From contig LSSG01000053.1 in assembly GCA_001595915.1 (NCBI GenBank), positions 69,416 through 131,306 of the forward strand: a DNA stretch of 61,891 bases, given 5' to 3'. This document shows positions 1 through 10,250 of this stretch, in pieces (within the stretch, counting starts at the first letter, position 1; each line of letters starts with the position of its first letter). This DNA comes from Thermoplasmatales archaeon SG8-52-3. GTDB taxonomy: Archaea; Thermoplasmatota; E2; DHVEG-1. The translations under genes were made by a program, and so were the position numbers. A model generated the notes under the pieces. It searched no databases and had not been told where the DNA came from. It was given only the letters and a program-made list of their open reading frames with translations.

Positions 1-1476
1 AAGAATTATTCCCATATTAAGATGAATAAGACCAAATAAAAGGGATATTGTTAAAATTATTAAAGGATCACGTAATGATTCTATTGGAAATTGTATACCA
101 GCAATTGTAAAACTATAAAGCTGCTGGTTTGGATTATTTAAGAAAAAACGTGGTATTAAATCACCAAAAAAACTATTTGTTAATACACCAACAATAATTG
201 TCACAATTGCTAGCCAAATCCCCATAAAAGACCAGGTCTTTATTGTTTCACTTATCTTTGAAAATTTAAAATATCCAAAAATTGATAAAATTAGAAGAGA
301 TAAACCATATCCTGCATCACCAAGCATTAATCCAAAGAATAATATAAAGAATATTGCCATGAATATCATTGGATCAATTTCATTATATCTAGGAGTTGCA
401 AATAAATCAAGAAATGTTCTGAAGGGTTTCGCCCATTCAGGAGTTTTAAGATAAACTGGAGGATTATCAGGATTTGTTGAAGGCGTTTCAAAATTACAAA
501 TCACATGATCTTTTGAAACTTCTTCTAAAGATTTTTTAAATGATTCCTTGTCTTTTTCAAGTATCCAGCCCTTTATTATATATGTAGAATTTGTTTTTCC
601 AAAGTTTTTTACAACTTCCTTTCTTATTCTTTCAAATCTAATTTCCTCTTTTAAAGAAAATAAATCATCGAGTTGTTCTTTTGCATACACTCTTAAATTA
701 AAAATTATTTTTTTCTTTTCTTTTGCAATGTCCTTTTTTTCTTGAACTAATGATTTTAAAAGATCCTTTGGTAGTCCCGATTCAACCTCAAAATCAAGAT
801 CTATAATATTTTCTCTCCATATCTTCAGAAAATCATCTTTTTTTGATATGTGAACTGCAGCTAAAACAGACCATTGAATATCTTTTCCATTGCCAATCTT
901 ATAAGAGTATATTGCTGATTTATCTAAGGCATTTATTTTCTTTTTTAATGACTCAATATCATCAATAAGTCCAACTTTTACTAAAATTAAATCAGACTCG
1001 CCAATATAAGATATATCAAAATCAAAATCTTTTATATAATTTAATTGAGTTATATCATTGTTTATTTTCTCAATTCTTTCATTATAATCTTGTAATTTTT
1101 TATCAAAATTTAGAATTTTTTTTTCAATTTCTTCAAGTAGACCTTCTGCATAAGAATTCATTTCATCAAGATTGCGGTCTTCTACAGTTTTTATTTCAGG
1201 TAGATCTGGATTAAAAATTGCCTTTATTCCACTCTTTTTAGGTTTGATTTTCTTTAAAATTCCAATTAATCTTGATAATCTTAATTCATATGTCATGCAA
1301 GTTTCAGCATCATCTTGCATTTGTAAGAATTCAAAATTTTCATTAGACTCTTCATCTGCCTTTGAAATATCATTAATTTCCATTGCTCCAGTTTGATGAA
1401 GGTTTTTTATTACATCATTTATATAGTTTTGATGTACAACTACAGTTGTTTTTTTCATTTGAGCTGGAAAAAGTAT
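1..1476 (-). CDS. atpI: A/V-type ATP synthase subunit I (5' part; runs off window edge)
   Basis: Hand translation of both ends: begins ILFPAQMKKTTVVVHQNYINDVIKNLHQTGAMEI; at the window edge the same frame reads ISLLFGLIHLNMGIIL, typical of subunit I. Directly downstream of subunit H. First in-frame ATG is at 1458; ATA at 1476 lies 7 nt after GAGGGGGG. Confidence 0.9.
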   Translation of the reverse strand, partial: MLFPAQMKKTTVVVHQNYINDVIKNLHQTGAMEINDISKADEESNENFEFLQMQDDAETCMTYELRLSRLIGILKKIKPKKSGIKAIFNPDLPEIKTVEDRNLDEMNSYAEGLLEEIEKKILNFDKKLQDYNERIEKINNDITQLNYIKDFDFDISYIGESDLILVKVGLIDDIESLKKKINALDKSAIYSYKIGNGKDIQWSVLAAVHISKKDDFLKIWRENIIDLDFEVESGLPKDLLKSLVQEKKDIAKEKKKIIFNLRVYAKEQLDDLFSLKEEIRFERIRKEVVKNFGKTNSTYIIKGWILEKDKESFKKSLEEVSKDHVICNFETPSTNPDNPPVYLKTPEWAKPFRTFLDLFATPRYNEIDPMIFMAIFFILFFGLMLGDAGYGLSLLILSIFGYFKFSKISETIKTWSFMGIWLAIVTIIVGVLTNSFFGDLIPRFFLNNPNQQLYSFTIAGIQFPIESLRDPLIILTISLLFGLIHLNMGIIL

Positions 1477-1479
1477 TGT

Positions 1480-1797
1480 TTAACCCCCCTCTTCTATCTC
1501 TTTTATTATTGTATCAATTGCTTTTTTTATATTCTTTCTTGCTGACTGCTGTATAATCAAAATATCTCTTTTACTTGAAGCCTTAATCTTTTGTGTTTCT
1601 TTTTTAGCCTCATTTTCTGCATTTGTAAAAAAATCTTGCGATTTTGTCTGAGCCTTTTTAATTGAATTTTGTTTGTGTTTTTCTGCATCGATTTTTGCTT
1701 TTTCAATTATTTTTTCGGCATCCATTTTTGCGGTTTTGATTCTTTCTAGAGCTTTTTTTTCAGCGTCTTTTATATCCTTAATTGATTTAGATGCCAT
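1480..1797 (-). CDS. atpH: A/V-type ATP synthase subunit H (peripheral stalk, G-like)
   Basis: 105 aa charged coiled-coil (IKDIKDAEKKALERIKTAK..) immediately upstream of subunit I, the usual first gene of archaeal ATPase operons. Confidence 0.8.
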   Translation of the reverse strand: MASKSIKDIKDAEKKALERIKTAKMDAEKIIEKAKIDAEKHKQNSIKKAQTKSQDFFTNAENEAKKETQKIKASSKRDILIIQQSARKNIKKAIDTIIKEIEEGG

Positions 1798-1888
1798 TTG
1801 ATACCCGAATAAGTAAGATATTTATAAATTTTAATGTGAATTAAAATAAAGATAAAATCAATTATGATTATAAATTTTATATTATTAA

Positions 1889-3652
1889 TTACATACCCCA
1901 AAATTTATCGGATTTCCTTTTTATTTCAAAAATTTTATTTAATACATCTCTTTCATCAATGTTTAGAACGTCCATATCTCGAAGTTTTTTTGCATCACTT
2001 GCTGGCAAATCAGTAAATAATATGTCTTCACCCTTTATTTGTCTTCCAACAGTTACTCCTTCAATTGATATTGCTACTTCTTGACCTTGTATAGCTTCAT
2101 CTATTGACTTGTTTTCAGATTGAATTCCTTTAATTGATCCAATAATTCTACCATCTTCTTTCATTAAACGTAGTCCAGTTTTGATTCTACCACTCAAGAC
2201 TCTAACTCCAATTACTGCAGGATGACTTACTCTAAAAACATATTCTGGAAGAAACTTTATCATACCAGGATGAATATAATCCTGGCGTCTTTCTTTTTCA
2301 AGTTCAGCTTTCTTTTTTTCATACCATTCATCATAGTTTTCCATTATTGTATAAATAACATCTTCATTGAAAATTGTGATATCAACCTTAGATAATTCTT
2401 CTTTTGCTTCTGGTAATATTTTTACATTAAAAGCAAAAATTACTTTATTGAAAGGATCAATCGTTGAATCGGTCTCAACAATATCTCTTTTTGAAACATT
2501 TCCAATTTCAGCTTTTCGAATTTTTAAATTTTTATCTCTTGATTCTTTTATTAATGCTTCAAGTGATCCGATAGTATCAGCTTTAATTATAATTCCTTTC
2601 TCATCTAATTCAAAATCTATCTTGGTTTGATTTTTTATTTCATCAATAACTTTATCTAGATTATTTTTTACAGCTCTAATAGGTGCACCAGGTATTACAT
2701 TTTCAAGATTTGGTGATGAGATTTTTATACCACAGGCAGCGTGCACTTCATCAACATTATCAAAACGTTCTCTAGGGTCACGAATCTCATCAAGAGGTTT
2801 AGGTTTTAAAAGAGCCTTAATACGTGTAACAACAGGTTCATCTACTGTTCCAATGACAATATTATCATCTATTCTTATTATTCCATTGTAAATTATTGCA
2901 TCAATTGTTTTTCCAAGACCTACCTCTTCTTTTACCTCTAATACACTCCCTATTCCAGGACCACTTTCAATATGAAGTTTATCTTCTAAAAACCTTTGTG
3001 CAAGACCAACAAGTATCATTAGAAGTTCAGGAATTCCTTCACCAGTTTTTGCAGAGATAGGTATAACTCCTACCGTTTTTCTAAAATCAGATATATTAAA
3101 ATATAGGTCGGCATTCAGTTTTTGTTCTGATACTGTTCCAATAATCTCATAAATTTTTTCTTCAAATATATTTTTTACATTTAATCTTTGTTTTTCTATT
3201 CGTTCTTTAGCGGAAACATTATTTTTTTGCCAACCGGAAATCGCATCAATCTTATTTGCTGCAATGATAAAAGGAGTTTTATATTGTTTAAGAATTTTTA
3301 TTGACTCATATGTTTGAGGTTTAAATCCTTCATTTATATCTACAATAAGAATTGCTAAATCTGCAAGTGAACCACCTCGAGCTCGCAATGTTGTAAAAGC
3401 ATGATGACCTGGGGTATCAATAAATAATAAACCTGGTAATGTAAATTTTTTTCCTTTTAATAAATCTCCACAAACATCATATATTGCATCTATAGGAACT
3501 TCAGTTGCTCCAATATGTTGTGTAATAGCCCCAGATTCACGCGCAGCTACAGTTGTCCCTCTTATATAATCTAATAATGAGGTTTTACCATGGTCGACAT
3601 GACCAAGTACACTTACTATAGGTTGTCTTATATATCTCCTTGTATCACTCAT
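1889..3652 (-). CDS. infB: Translation initiation factor aIF5B/IF-2
   Basis: RQPIVSVLGHVDHGKT, DTPGH, NKID GTPase motifs; 587 aa, no intein-sized insert. Confidence 0.97.
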   Translation of the reverse strand: MSDTRRYIRQPIVSVLGHVDHGKTSLLDYIRGTTVAARESGAITQHIGATEVPIDAIYDVCGDLLKGKKFTLPGLLFIDTPGHHAFTTLRARGGSLADLAILIVDINEGFKPQTYESIKILKQYKTPFIIAANKIDAISGWQKNNVSAKERIEKQRLNVKNIFEEKIYEIIGTVSEQKLNADLYFNISDFRKTVGVIPISAKTGEGIPELLMILVGLAQRFLEDKLHIESGPGIGSVLEVKEEVGLGKTIDAIIYNGIIRIDDNIVIGTVDEPVVTRIKALLKPKPLDEIRDPRERFDNVDEVHAACGIKISSPNLENVIPGAPIRAVKNNLDKVIDEIKNQTKIDFELDEKGIIIKADTIGSLEALIKESRDKNLKIRKAEIGNVSKRDIVETDSTIDPFNKVIFAFNVKILPEAKEELSKVDITIFNEDVIYTIMENYDEWYEKKKAELEKERRQDYIHPGMIKFLPEYVFRVSHPAVIGVRVLSGRIKTGLRLMKEDGRIIGSIKGIQSENKSIDEAIQGQEVAISIEGVTVGRQIKGEDILFTDLPASDAKKLRDMDVLNIDERDVLNKIFEIKRKSDKFWGM

Positions 3653-3720
3653 AAATAAATCCCGGCGTTGTTAATAGCGAATCCTTTTTAATATTTGTTA
3701 CACAAACATTTATATTTCGA

Positions 3721-3734
3721 TTAACTATAGTTAA
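3721..3734 (+). promoter_or_regulatory. TTAAC-N4-GTTAA palindrome downstream of TATA
   Basis: TTAACTATAGTTAA, a few nt after TTTATAT, upstream of the M14 peptidase gene. Confidence 0.65.
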
Positions 3735-3755
3735 TTTTAAGGGGGCAGCAATTTA

Positions 3756-6065
3756 ATGAACAATAAAAAAATTTCAATATTTATTTCAATTATATTTTTA
3801 ACAACAGCAATATTTGCAAATGGAATAAGTAGTAAATCCTTTGAAAATGAAAAATTAATATTAGTAAGAATCTTAACAGATTATAATAATTTACCAAGAG
3901 ATTTTGAAATAATTAGTATTCAACCAAATCAATGGATTGAGGTTATTATCACAAATAAACAAATCCACTATTTAGAGGACAATAATCTATTTTATGAAAT
4001 ATTAATTGAAGACATAATAGAATATGAAAACACTATTAGAGGAGAATACCATACTTTAGCAGAAATAGAATCTATTCTTGAAAACATAGCAGATAATTAT
4101 CCTGACATTACAAGTCTTTATAGCATTGGAACAACTTATGAAGGTAGAGATATTTGGTGTTTAGAAATTACTGATAATCCTGGAGTTGATGAAGGTGAGC
4201 CAGGTGTTTTTTTTATGGGACTACACCATGCTCGTGAATGGCCAACTGTTGAGATATGTCTATACGTTGCTAATCAATTAACATCTAAATATGGGTCTGA
4301 TCCTTCAATTACTAATATTGTCAATAACGTAAGATTATGGCTTGTTACATGTGTAAATCCTGATGGCTATTATTATTGTCATGATCAAGGTCATGATTGG
4401 CGTAAAAACCGTCAACCCTATTCGCCTTACATTGGTGTGGATCTTAATCGCAATTATGCAGGATCATCAAATGGTGATCCCTGGGGTTCATGGGGATCGG
4501 TAGATTCTGGATCAATTAGCAATCATCCTGATTCTGAAGTTTATTGTGGACCCTGGCCTTTCTCTGAATACGAAACACAAGCAATTAAAGATATATTCAT
4601 TAATAATGATATATCTGCTGCTATAAGTTGGCATACTCATGGAGAACTCGTTTTATGGCCATGGGGTTACTCATTTGAAAATGCTCCTGATACAGATTAT
4701 TTATCCCAGGTTGGCCAGCAAATCGCATCAAGAATCACTCGTCAGAGTGGAAGCGGAACTTATACACCACAACAAGCAGCTAATTTGTATCCTACAACTG
4801 GTGATACAATAGATTGGGCATATGGATATGGACATTATGTTTTGGGAAGACCTACATTTGCCTATACGATTGAGACTTGTTCAACTTTCCATCCATCTGA
4901 AGGTTATCTTGACCAAGTTTGTAAAGAAAATTTTGATGGCGCACTATATATCTTAGAGGAAGCTGAAAATATTAAAGATACAGTTTCAAAACGGGTAATA
5001 CCGCCAGTTATTGACGATATGGACGAAGATTCAGATGGAGATTATAATATTACCTGGGTTGAGCAAAATCCAAATGCTAATCCAACATTTTTTCAATTAG
5101 ATGAACTTACGGGTTTATCATTATCAACAGATAACGCTGAATCTGGAACAGATCAGTGGACTATTGAAGGTTTTACAATTTCTACTTCAAAATATCATTC
5201 ATCAAGTCATAGTTATAAATCTAGATATAAAGACCAAGATGTTTCATCCATGGTTACGGTAAATCCTATACCAATTAGTGTAGATATGAATCTAACATTT
5301 TGGTGTTGGTATGATATTGAGCAAGATTATGATTACGCATTTGTTGAAGTAAGTAGAGACGGGCGCATTTTTGATGTAATCGATAAATATACTGGTACAT
5401 CAGATGGTTGGGTTAACAAGAAATATTCCCTTGATGATTATATTGGTGATTCAATTTTTATCCGTTTAAGGTATATAACTGATGATTATACTCAAGAAGA
5501 AGGATTTTATGTTGATGATATCTATCCCATCGCTGAATTTGATATGGTAAATACGCTATCAGATACTATTACTGATAATTTTTATGAGATTTTTGATAAA
5601 CCTCAAGGTACATATTACTATCGAGTTAGAGGATATAATTCTGATTATGAGTGGGGAGACTTTAGTACAATTGAAGATATTGTTGTAAGTTTTGCTGGTG
5701 CACCAGAACAACCAGATATTGAAGGTCCAATAGAAGGAAAACCTGGAATAGAATACAACTATAGTTTTGTAACAAATGATCCAGAAAACGATGATGTTTA
5801 CTATTATATAGATTGGGGAGATAATCAGTTGGAAGAATGGATTGGTCCATATCAATCTGGTGAAGAAATAATTAAGAGCCATTCATGGAATGAAAAAGGT
5901 ACATATATCATTCAGGCTAAAGCAAAAGATACTTCTGAACATGAAAGTAATTGGGAAACATTTGAAGTAAAAATTCCGCGATCAAGACTTTTATCAAAAA
6001 TATATTTATTAGACCTTTTATATAAGATTCTATTAAAACTACCAATTTTTAATAATCTAAATTAA
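3756..6065 (+). CDS. Secreted M14 zinc carboxypeptidase with beta-sandwich, FN3-like and PKD-like domains and IPR tail
   Basis: Signal peptide; HHAREW, RKNR, GVDLNRN, WHTHG, TIE motifs; YYIDWGD PKD-like domain; ends KIPRSRLLSKIYLLDLLYKILLKLP. Confidence 0.9.
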   Translation: MNNKKISIFISIIFLTTAIFANGISSKSFENEKLILVRILTDYNNLPRDFEIISIQPNQWIEVIITNKQIHYLEDNNLFYEILIEDIIEYENTIRGEYHTLAEIESILENIADNYPDITSLYSIGTTYEGRDIWCLEITDNPGVDEGEPGVFFMGLHHAREWPTVEICLYVANQLTSKYGSDPSITNIVNNVRLWLVTCVNPDGYYYCHDQGHDWRKNRQPYSPYIGVDLNRNYAGSSNGDPWGSWGSVDSGSISNHPDSEVYCGPWPFSEYETQAIKDIFINNDISAAISWHTHGELVLWPWGYSFENAPDTDYLSQVGQQIASRITRQSGSGTYTPQQAANLYPTTGDTIDWAYGYGHYVLGRPTFAYTIETCSTFHPSEGYLDQVCKENFDGALYILEEAENIKDTVSKRVIPPVIDDMDEDSDGDYNITWVEQNPNANPTFFQLDELTGLSLSTDNAESGTDQWTIEGFTISTSKYHSSSHSYKSRYKDQDVSSMVTVNPIPISVDMNLTFWCWYDIEQDYDYAFVEVSRDGRIFDVIDKYTGTSDGWVNKKYSLDDYIGDSIFIRLRYITDDYTQEEGFYVDDIYPIAEFDMVNTLSDTITDNFYEIFDKPQGTYYYRVRGYNSDYEWGDFSTIEDIVVSFAGAPEQPDIEGPIEGKPGIEYNYSFVTNDPENDDVYYYIDWGDNQLEEWIGPYQSGEEIIKSHSWNEKGTYIIQAKAKDTSEHESNWETFEVKIPRSRLLSKIYLLDLLYKILLKLPIFNNLN

Positions 6066-6135
6066 AAATTATAAAAAAATAAAATAATATTTACATCATT
6101 AATACTCTTATTTTTTCTATAGAAAAATTTATTAT

Positions 6136-6149
6136 TTAACAATTGTTAA
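6136..6149 (+). promoter_or_regulatory. TTAAC-N4-GTTAA palindrome downstream of TATA
   Basis: TTAACAATTGTTAA right after AAAATTTATTA. Confidence 0.7.
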
Positions 6150-6178
6150 CTTTTAATTAAATTAAGGAGATATAAACT

Positions 6179-7393
6179 ATGAAAAAAATTTTCCCAATAG
6201 TAATAATTACAATGCTTGTAATCATTGGAATGCAAGCTGGTGCTCTAACTAACTCAAATGAAGTTATGTTTATTAAAGATTATAAAGAAGGTACTACTGA
6301 AAGAGCAACCCACACTGTTCTTGGTGAATATGGTACAGCCACATGGTGTGGATATTGCAGATATGCACATGGTGCATTAAAAGAATTGTATTCAGAGGGG
6401 CAGTTGGATTTTTATTATATTACTCATGTATCTGATATGAATAGTAGATCCTCTTCTTATCTTGCTAGCCATTATAATCTATATGGATATCCTACTGTAT
6501 GGTGGGATGGTGGATATAAAATAAACATTGGTGCTGGAAGTGTTCCAAGTGCAAAAAGTGCATACACATCTAGTATTAATTCTTGTTTAAACAGAGCCGT
6601 TGATGATGTAAATTTAAATCTAGCAATGACCTGGCTTGATGGTACTAAAATGAAAATAGATTGTACAGTAATCAATAACGAAGGGAGTACTTATGGTGGG
6701 ACAATACAAGTCGCCATTTGTGAAAAGGTATCTAGTAGAGGTTGGATAGATACAGGTGGAGTAACCTATACTATGACTTTTCTTGATTGGGCATTTAAAG
6801 AGTCTTTATCAATTTCTAGTGGTGGATCTTGGAGTGATACAATTACATGGGATGGATCATCTCATGGATATCCTACTGTTACAAAAGAAAATACAATAAT
6901 TATTGGCGCTGTGTATAATGATGAATGGCATCAAGGTTATTCATATACTCCTCCACAAAATCCATTTGATGCTTATTATGTAGATGATTGTGTTGCAGTA
7001 GAAGCTGGAGGGAGCTCAAGTGAACCTCCTAATCCACCTGCAATAGATGGACCAACTAATGGTGTTATGGACATTGAATATGATTTTATTTTTAATTCAG
7101 AGGACCCAGATGGCGATGATGTTTCCTTCTATATATTGTGGGGAGATGGTTACGTCGACTCAACTTCTTATTCACCTACTGGAACAGATGTAATTGTATC
7201 ACATATATACACAAAGGAAAAAACATTTACAATTCAAGCAAAAGCAATTGACAGTAATGGTGTTGAAAGTAATTGGTCAGAATTTGAAATTACAATTCCT
7301 AGAACAAGACAAAACTATAATTACCTGTTTAATCTTTTGTTAGAAAAATTCCCGAATTTATATTTAATTTTAAAGCAACTTATTAAAATATAA
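6179..7393 (+). CDS. Secreted Omp28-like thioredoxin-fold (CxxC) protein with PKD-like domain and IPR tail
   Basis: Signal peptide; EYGTATWCGYC and YGYPTVWWDG (cis-Pro loop); ILWGDG; ends TIPRTR..LLEKFPNLYLILKQL. Confidence 0.75.
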   Translation: MKKIFPIVIITMLVIIGMQAGALTNSNEVMFIKDYKEGTTERATHTVLGEYGTATWCGYCRYAHGALKELYSEGQLDFYYITHVSDMNSRSSSYLASHYNLYGYPTVWWDGGYKINIGAGSVPSAKSAYTSSINSCLNRAVDDVNLNLAMTWLDGTKMKIDCTVINNEGSTYGGTIQVAICEKVSSRGWIDTGGVTYTMTFLDWAFKESLSISSGGSWSDTITWDGSSHGYPTVTKENTIIIGAVYNDEWHQGYSYTPPQNPFDAYYVDDCVAVEAGGSSSEPPNPPAIDGPTNGVMDIEYDFIFNSEDPDGDDVSFYILWGDGYVDSTSYSPTGTDVIVSHIYTKEKTFTIQAKAIDSNGVESNWSEFEITIPRTRQNYNYLFNLLLEKFPNLYLILKQLIKI

Positions 7394-7447
7394 ATTCATT
7401 TTTTCTTCATTTTTTATATAATTTTGGTCTAACGAAAAATTTATAAT

Positions 7448-7461
7448 TTAACAATTGTTAA
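7448..7461 (+). promoter_or_regulatory. TTAAC-N4-GTTAA palindrome downstream of TATA
   Basis: TTAACAATTGTTAA right after AAAATTTATAA. Confidence 0.7.
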
Positions 7462-7490
7462 CAATTATTTATTAGTGAGGGAGTAAAAAT

Positions 7491-8963
7491 ATGAAAAAAA
7501 TAATACCAATATTGATTGTAGGAATATTTTTCCTATCTAGTTTTGGAGCTGTTGCATTCAAAGTTGAGCAAGAAATAGACGAAACCCGAGAATTTACACA
7601 TAGTGTATTTGCAGAATATGGTACAGCCACATGGTGTGGATATTGTAAATATGCACATGCAGCATTAAAGAAAATTTATGCAAGTGGTGATTATCCATTT
7701 AATTTTGTTTCACTAGTTTGTGATAAAAACACAGATGCTTCTGCCAGAGCAACTGAATATAACCTTTATGGATATCCAACTGTATGGTTTGACGGAGGTT
7801 ATAAAGTAAATGTTGGAGGTAGTTCTGGTAGTGAATCTGCATATAGATCAAGTATAAATTCATGTGGAAGTAGAGAAGTAGAGGATATTGATATAGATTT
7901 ATCAGCCACATGGTTAGGTGGAACAGAAGTAAATATCGCTATTACAGTTCACAACAACGAAGCAACCACTTATGGTGGACATGTTCGTGTTTATATTACA
8001 GAAATTGCATCAAGTATGGGATGGAAAGATACAGGTGGTTACTTGTATACATTTCCGTTTTTAGATTGGGCATTTAATCAAGCACTTTCAATTAACGCGG
8101 GAGGCCAATGGTCTGATTCAATGAACTGGGATGGTTCAGCAAATGGTTTTCCATCAGTAACTGAGGATAATCTAATGATTTTTGCGGCAGTATTCAATGA
8201 TGAATGGAACCAAGGTTATTCATATCCACCATCCGGAAATCCATTTGATGCATATTTTGTAGATGAATCTGCTTCATATCGTGTTGGTGATAACAGAGCA
8301 CCAAACACACCAAGCAGTCCAAATCCATCAGATGGAAAAACAAATGTAGATATTAATGCAGACATGACCTGGCAAGGAGGCGACCCAGATTGGTTTGATA
8401 CAGTAACTTACGATATCTATTTTGGTACAACAAATCCACCACCACTAGTTGAATCAGATACTGAAGATACAACATATGATCCAGGAACTCTTGAATATGA
8501 AACAATATACTATTGGCAAATTATTGCAACTGACCCATCAGAAGTTACATCTGAAGGTCCTGTCTGGGAATTTTCAACTGAGGCAAATTATCCTCCATCA
8601 ACTCCAGAGATTACTGGACCATCAAGAGGAATACCTGGAACTCAATATAGTTTCACATTTGTTTCAGAAGATTCAGACGGCTATGATGTATACTTCTATG
8701 TAGACTGGGGCGATGGAACTTTTGAAGAATGGGAAGGCCCATTTCCTTCAGGTAACATATATAGGGTAGGTCATACCTGGGATGAAAAATCAACATATAC
8801 AATCAGAGCAAAAGCAAAAGATGTATTTGGTGCAGAAAGTGCTTTTGGATCATTTGAAATTGAAATACCAAGAAGTATAAATCCACACAAAACAATATTT
8901 GAAATATTGTTTGATCGTTTTCCAAATGCATTTCCAATACTGAGACAAATACTTGGATTATAA
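7491..8963 (+). CDS. Secreted Omp28-like CxxC protein, tandem paralog, with extra FN3-like domain, PKD-like domain and IPR tail
   Basis: EYGTATWCGYC; GGDPD..YDIYFG..YYWQI domain; VDWGDG; ends EIPRS..LFDRFPNAFPILRQILGL. Confidence 0.75.
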   Translation: MKKIIPILIVGIFFLSSFGAVAFKVEQEIDETREFTHSVFAEYGTATWCGYCKYAHAALKKIYASGDYPFNFVSLVCDKNTDASARATEYNLYGYPTVWFDGGYKVNVGGSSGSESAYRSSINSCGSREVEDIDIDLSATWLGGTEVNIAITVHNNEATTYGGHVRVYITEIASSMGWKDTGGYLYTFPFLDWAFNQALSINAGGQWSDSMNWDGSANGFPSVTEDNLMIFAAVFNDEWNQGYSYPPSGNPFDAYFVDESASYRVGDNRAPNTPSSPNPSDGKTNVDINADMTWQGGDPDWFDTVTYDIYFGTTNPPPLVESDTEDTTYDPGTLEYETIYYWQIIATDPSEVTSEGPVWEFSTEANYPPSTPEITGPSRGIPGTQYSFTFVSEDSDGYDVYFYVDWGDGTFEEWEGPFPSGNIYRVGHTWDEKSTYTIRAKAKDVFGAESAFGSFEIEIPRSINPHKTIFEILFDRFPNAFPILRQILGL

Positions 8964-9003
8964 AAATAAAAATAATCCTTCTTTCTTTTTTTACATAATT
9001 TTT

Positions 9004-10194
9004 TTAATTTAAAATAGAATTTCTAATTTTATCTATTTTTATAGTTTGCACTCTCTCGCAAAGATATAGATTAACACCAACGTGTTTTATACAAGCATCC
9101 AATACTATATCTGGATTAGTTGGTATACGTGTTCTACAAAGTTCCATTGTATAAGATAGTATCCTATGGTTTCCATATGCCCAATTCTCAAATGTACCAA
9201 GAGTTCCTCCCAATCTTGGAATAATATAATCACCACTTATCAAAAGACGATATTTGTTAATATTTGACATATTCTCGCCAATTGATAAATAGATTTCCTC
9301 ATCTGGAGTATCTTTAGATGTATGATACCACGGATAAAACATTACTTCACTATATGAATGAAAAGATAAGGCAATTCCTATATTGTGATTTTCAACAAAA
9401 TTTTTTACAGCTTGAGTTTCTTTTTCAGAAAAAGGACGAGGACCTCTATAATTATAACTTGTATCTAAAGCATTAATTGATAAATGAAACCTGAAGGGAA
9501 AAAGATAGTATAAAATCCAGTCATACCCATAGTTCCTATTAAGATTCACACCATAAGATGTAATTTCATCTTTGTAACCAAAAGGTCCATGATTTGGTAC
9601 ACGGTTTTTTCTAGAACCATAATCACCGTATTCAACTCCATCAGGGTTTAACATAGGAATTAAAAAAATCTGAGTACTGTTAATTGCATCTCTTACTCTA
9701 TCTTCAGAGGGATCTTCATCTACAAGACTATCATTATCATTATCAAAACCATCTATAGGATCTTCATTAATTTGACCATCTAAATCATCATCTGTATTTT
9801 CTTTATAATATAACTGAGCAGCATGATATATAAAATAGATTAAAACTTCAAAAGAGGGCCATTCATTTCCATGATGTGCACCAATAAAAAGTACTCCAGG
9901 TTCATCTTCATCAATATCAACATTATCAGATAGTTTTACCATCCAAATATCTCTTCCTTCATATGTATTCCCAATAGATTCTACCGACATTATCTCAGAG
10001 TAATTTTCTTTTAGTTCAGTAAAAAGAGATGTCATTGAACCATATGAAAAATATTGATATGGATCATTTAGTAAATTATTTTCTTCATTGATAAAAAAAT
10101 CCATATTTCTTGCATTCGAAATTATTGGTAAATTGATAGTTAATATAACAATTGAAATTATTAAAAATATATAATTGATTTGAACTCGTTTCAT
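9004..10194 (-). CDS. Secreted M14 zinc carboxypeptidase with Asp-rich insert, no PKD tail
   Basis: HHGNEW, RKNR, GVNLNRN, FHSYSE, TME motifs; DDDLDGQINED..DNDNDSLVDED insert. Confidence 0.88.
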   Translation of the reverse strand: MKRVQINYIFLIISIVILTINLPIISNARNMDFFINEENNLLNDPYQYFSYGSMTSLFTELKENYSEIMSVESIGNTYEGRDIWMVKLSDNVDIDEDEPGVLFIGAHHGNEWPSFEVLIYFIYHAAQLYYKENTDDDLDGQINEDPIDGFDNDNDSLVDEDPSEDRVRDAINSTQIFLIPMLNPDGVEYGDYGSRKNRVPNHGPFGYKDEITSYGVNLNRNYGYDWILYYLFPFRFHLSINALDTSYNYRGPRPFSEKETQAVKNFVENHNIGIALSFHSYSEVMFYPWYHTSKDTPDEEIYLSIGENMSNINKYRLLISGDYIIPRLGGTLGTFENWAYGNHRILSYTMELCRTRIPTNPDIVLDACIKHVGVNLYLCERVQTIKIDKIRNSILN

Positions 10195-10250
10195 GTTATT
10201 TCCTTAATTATATATTAATAGGTTTTCTTTTATAACTTTTTTCTATAAAA

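Noticed and set aside
548-1396. Plus-strand ORFs 548..745 and 1172..1396
   Set aside because: Antisense shadows of atpI, which the ORF track missed because it runs off the window edge.
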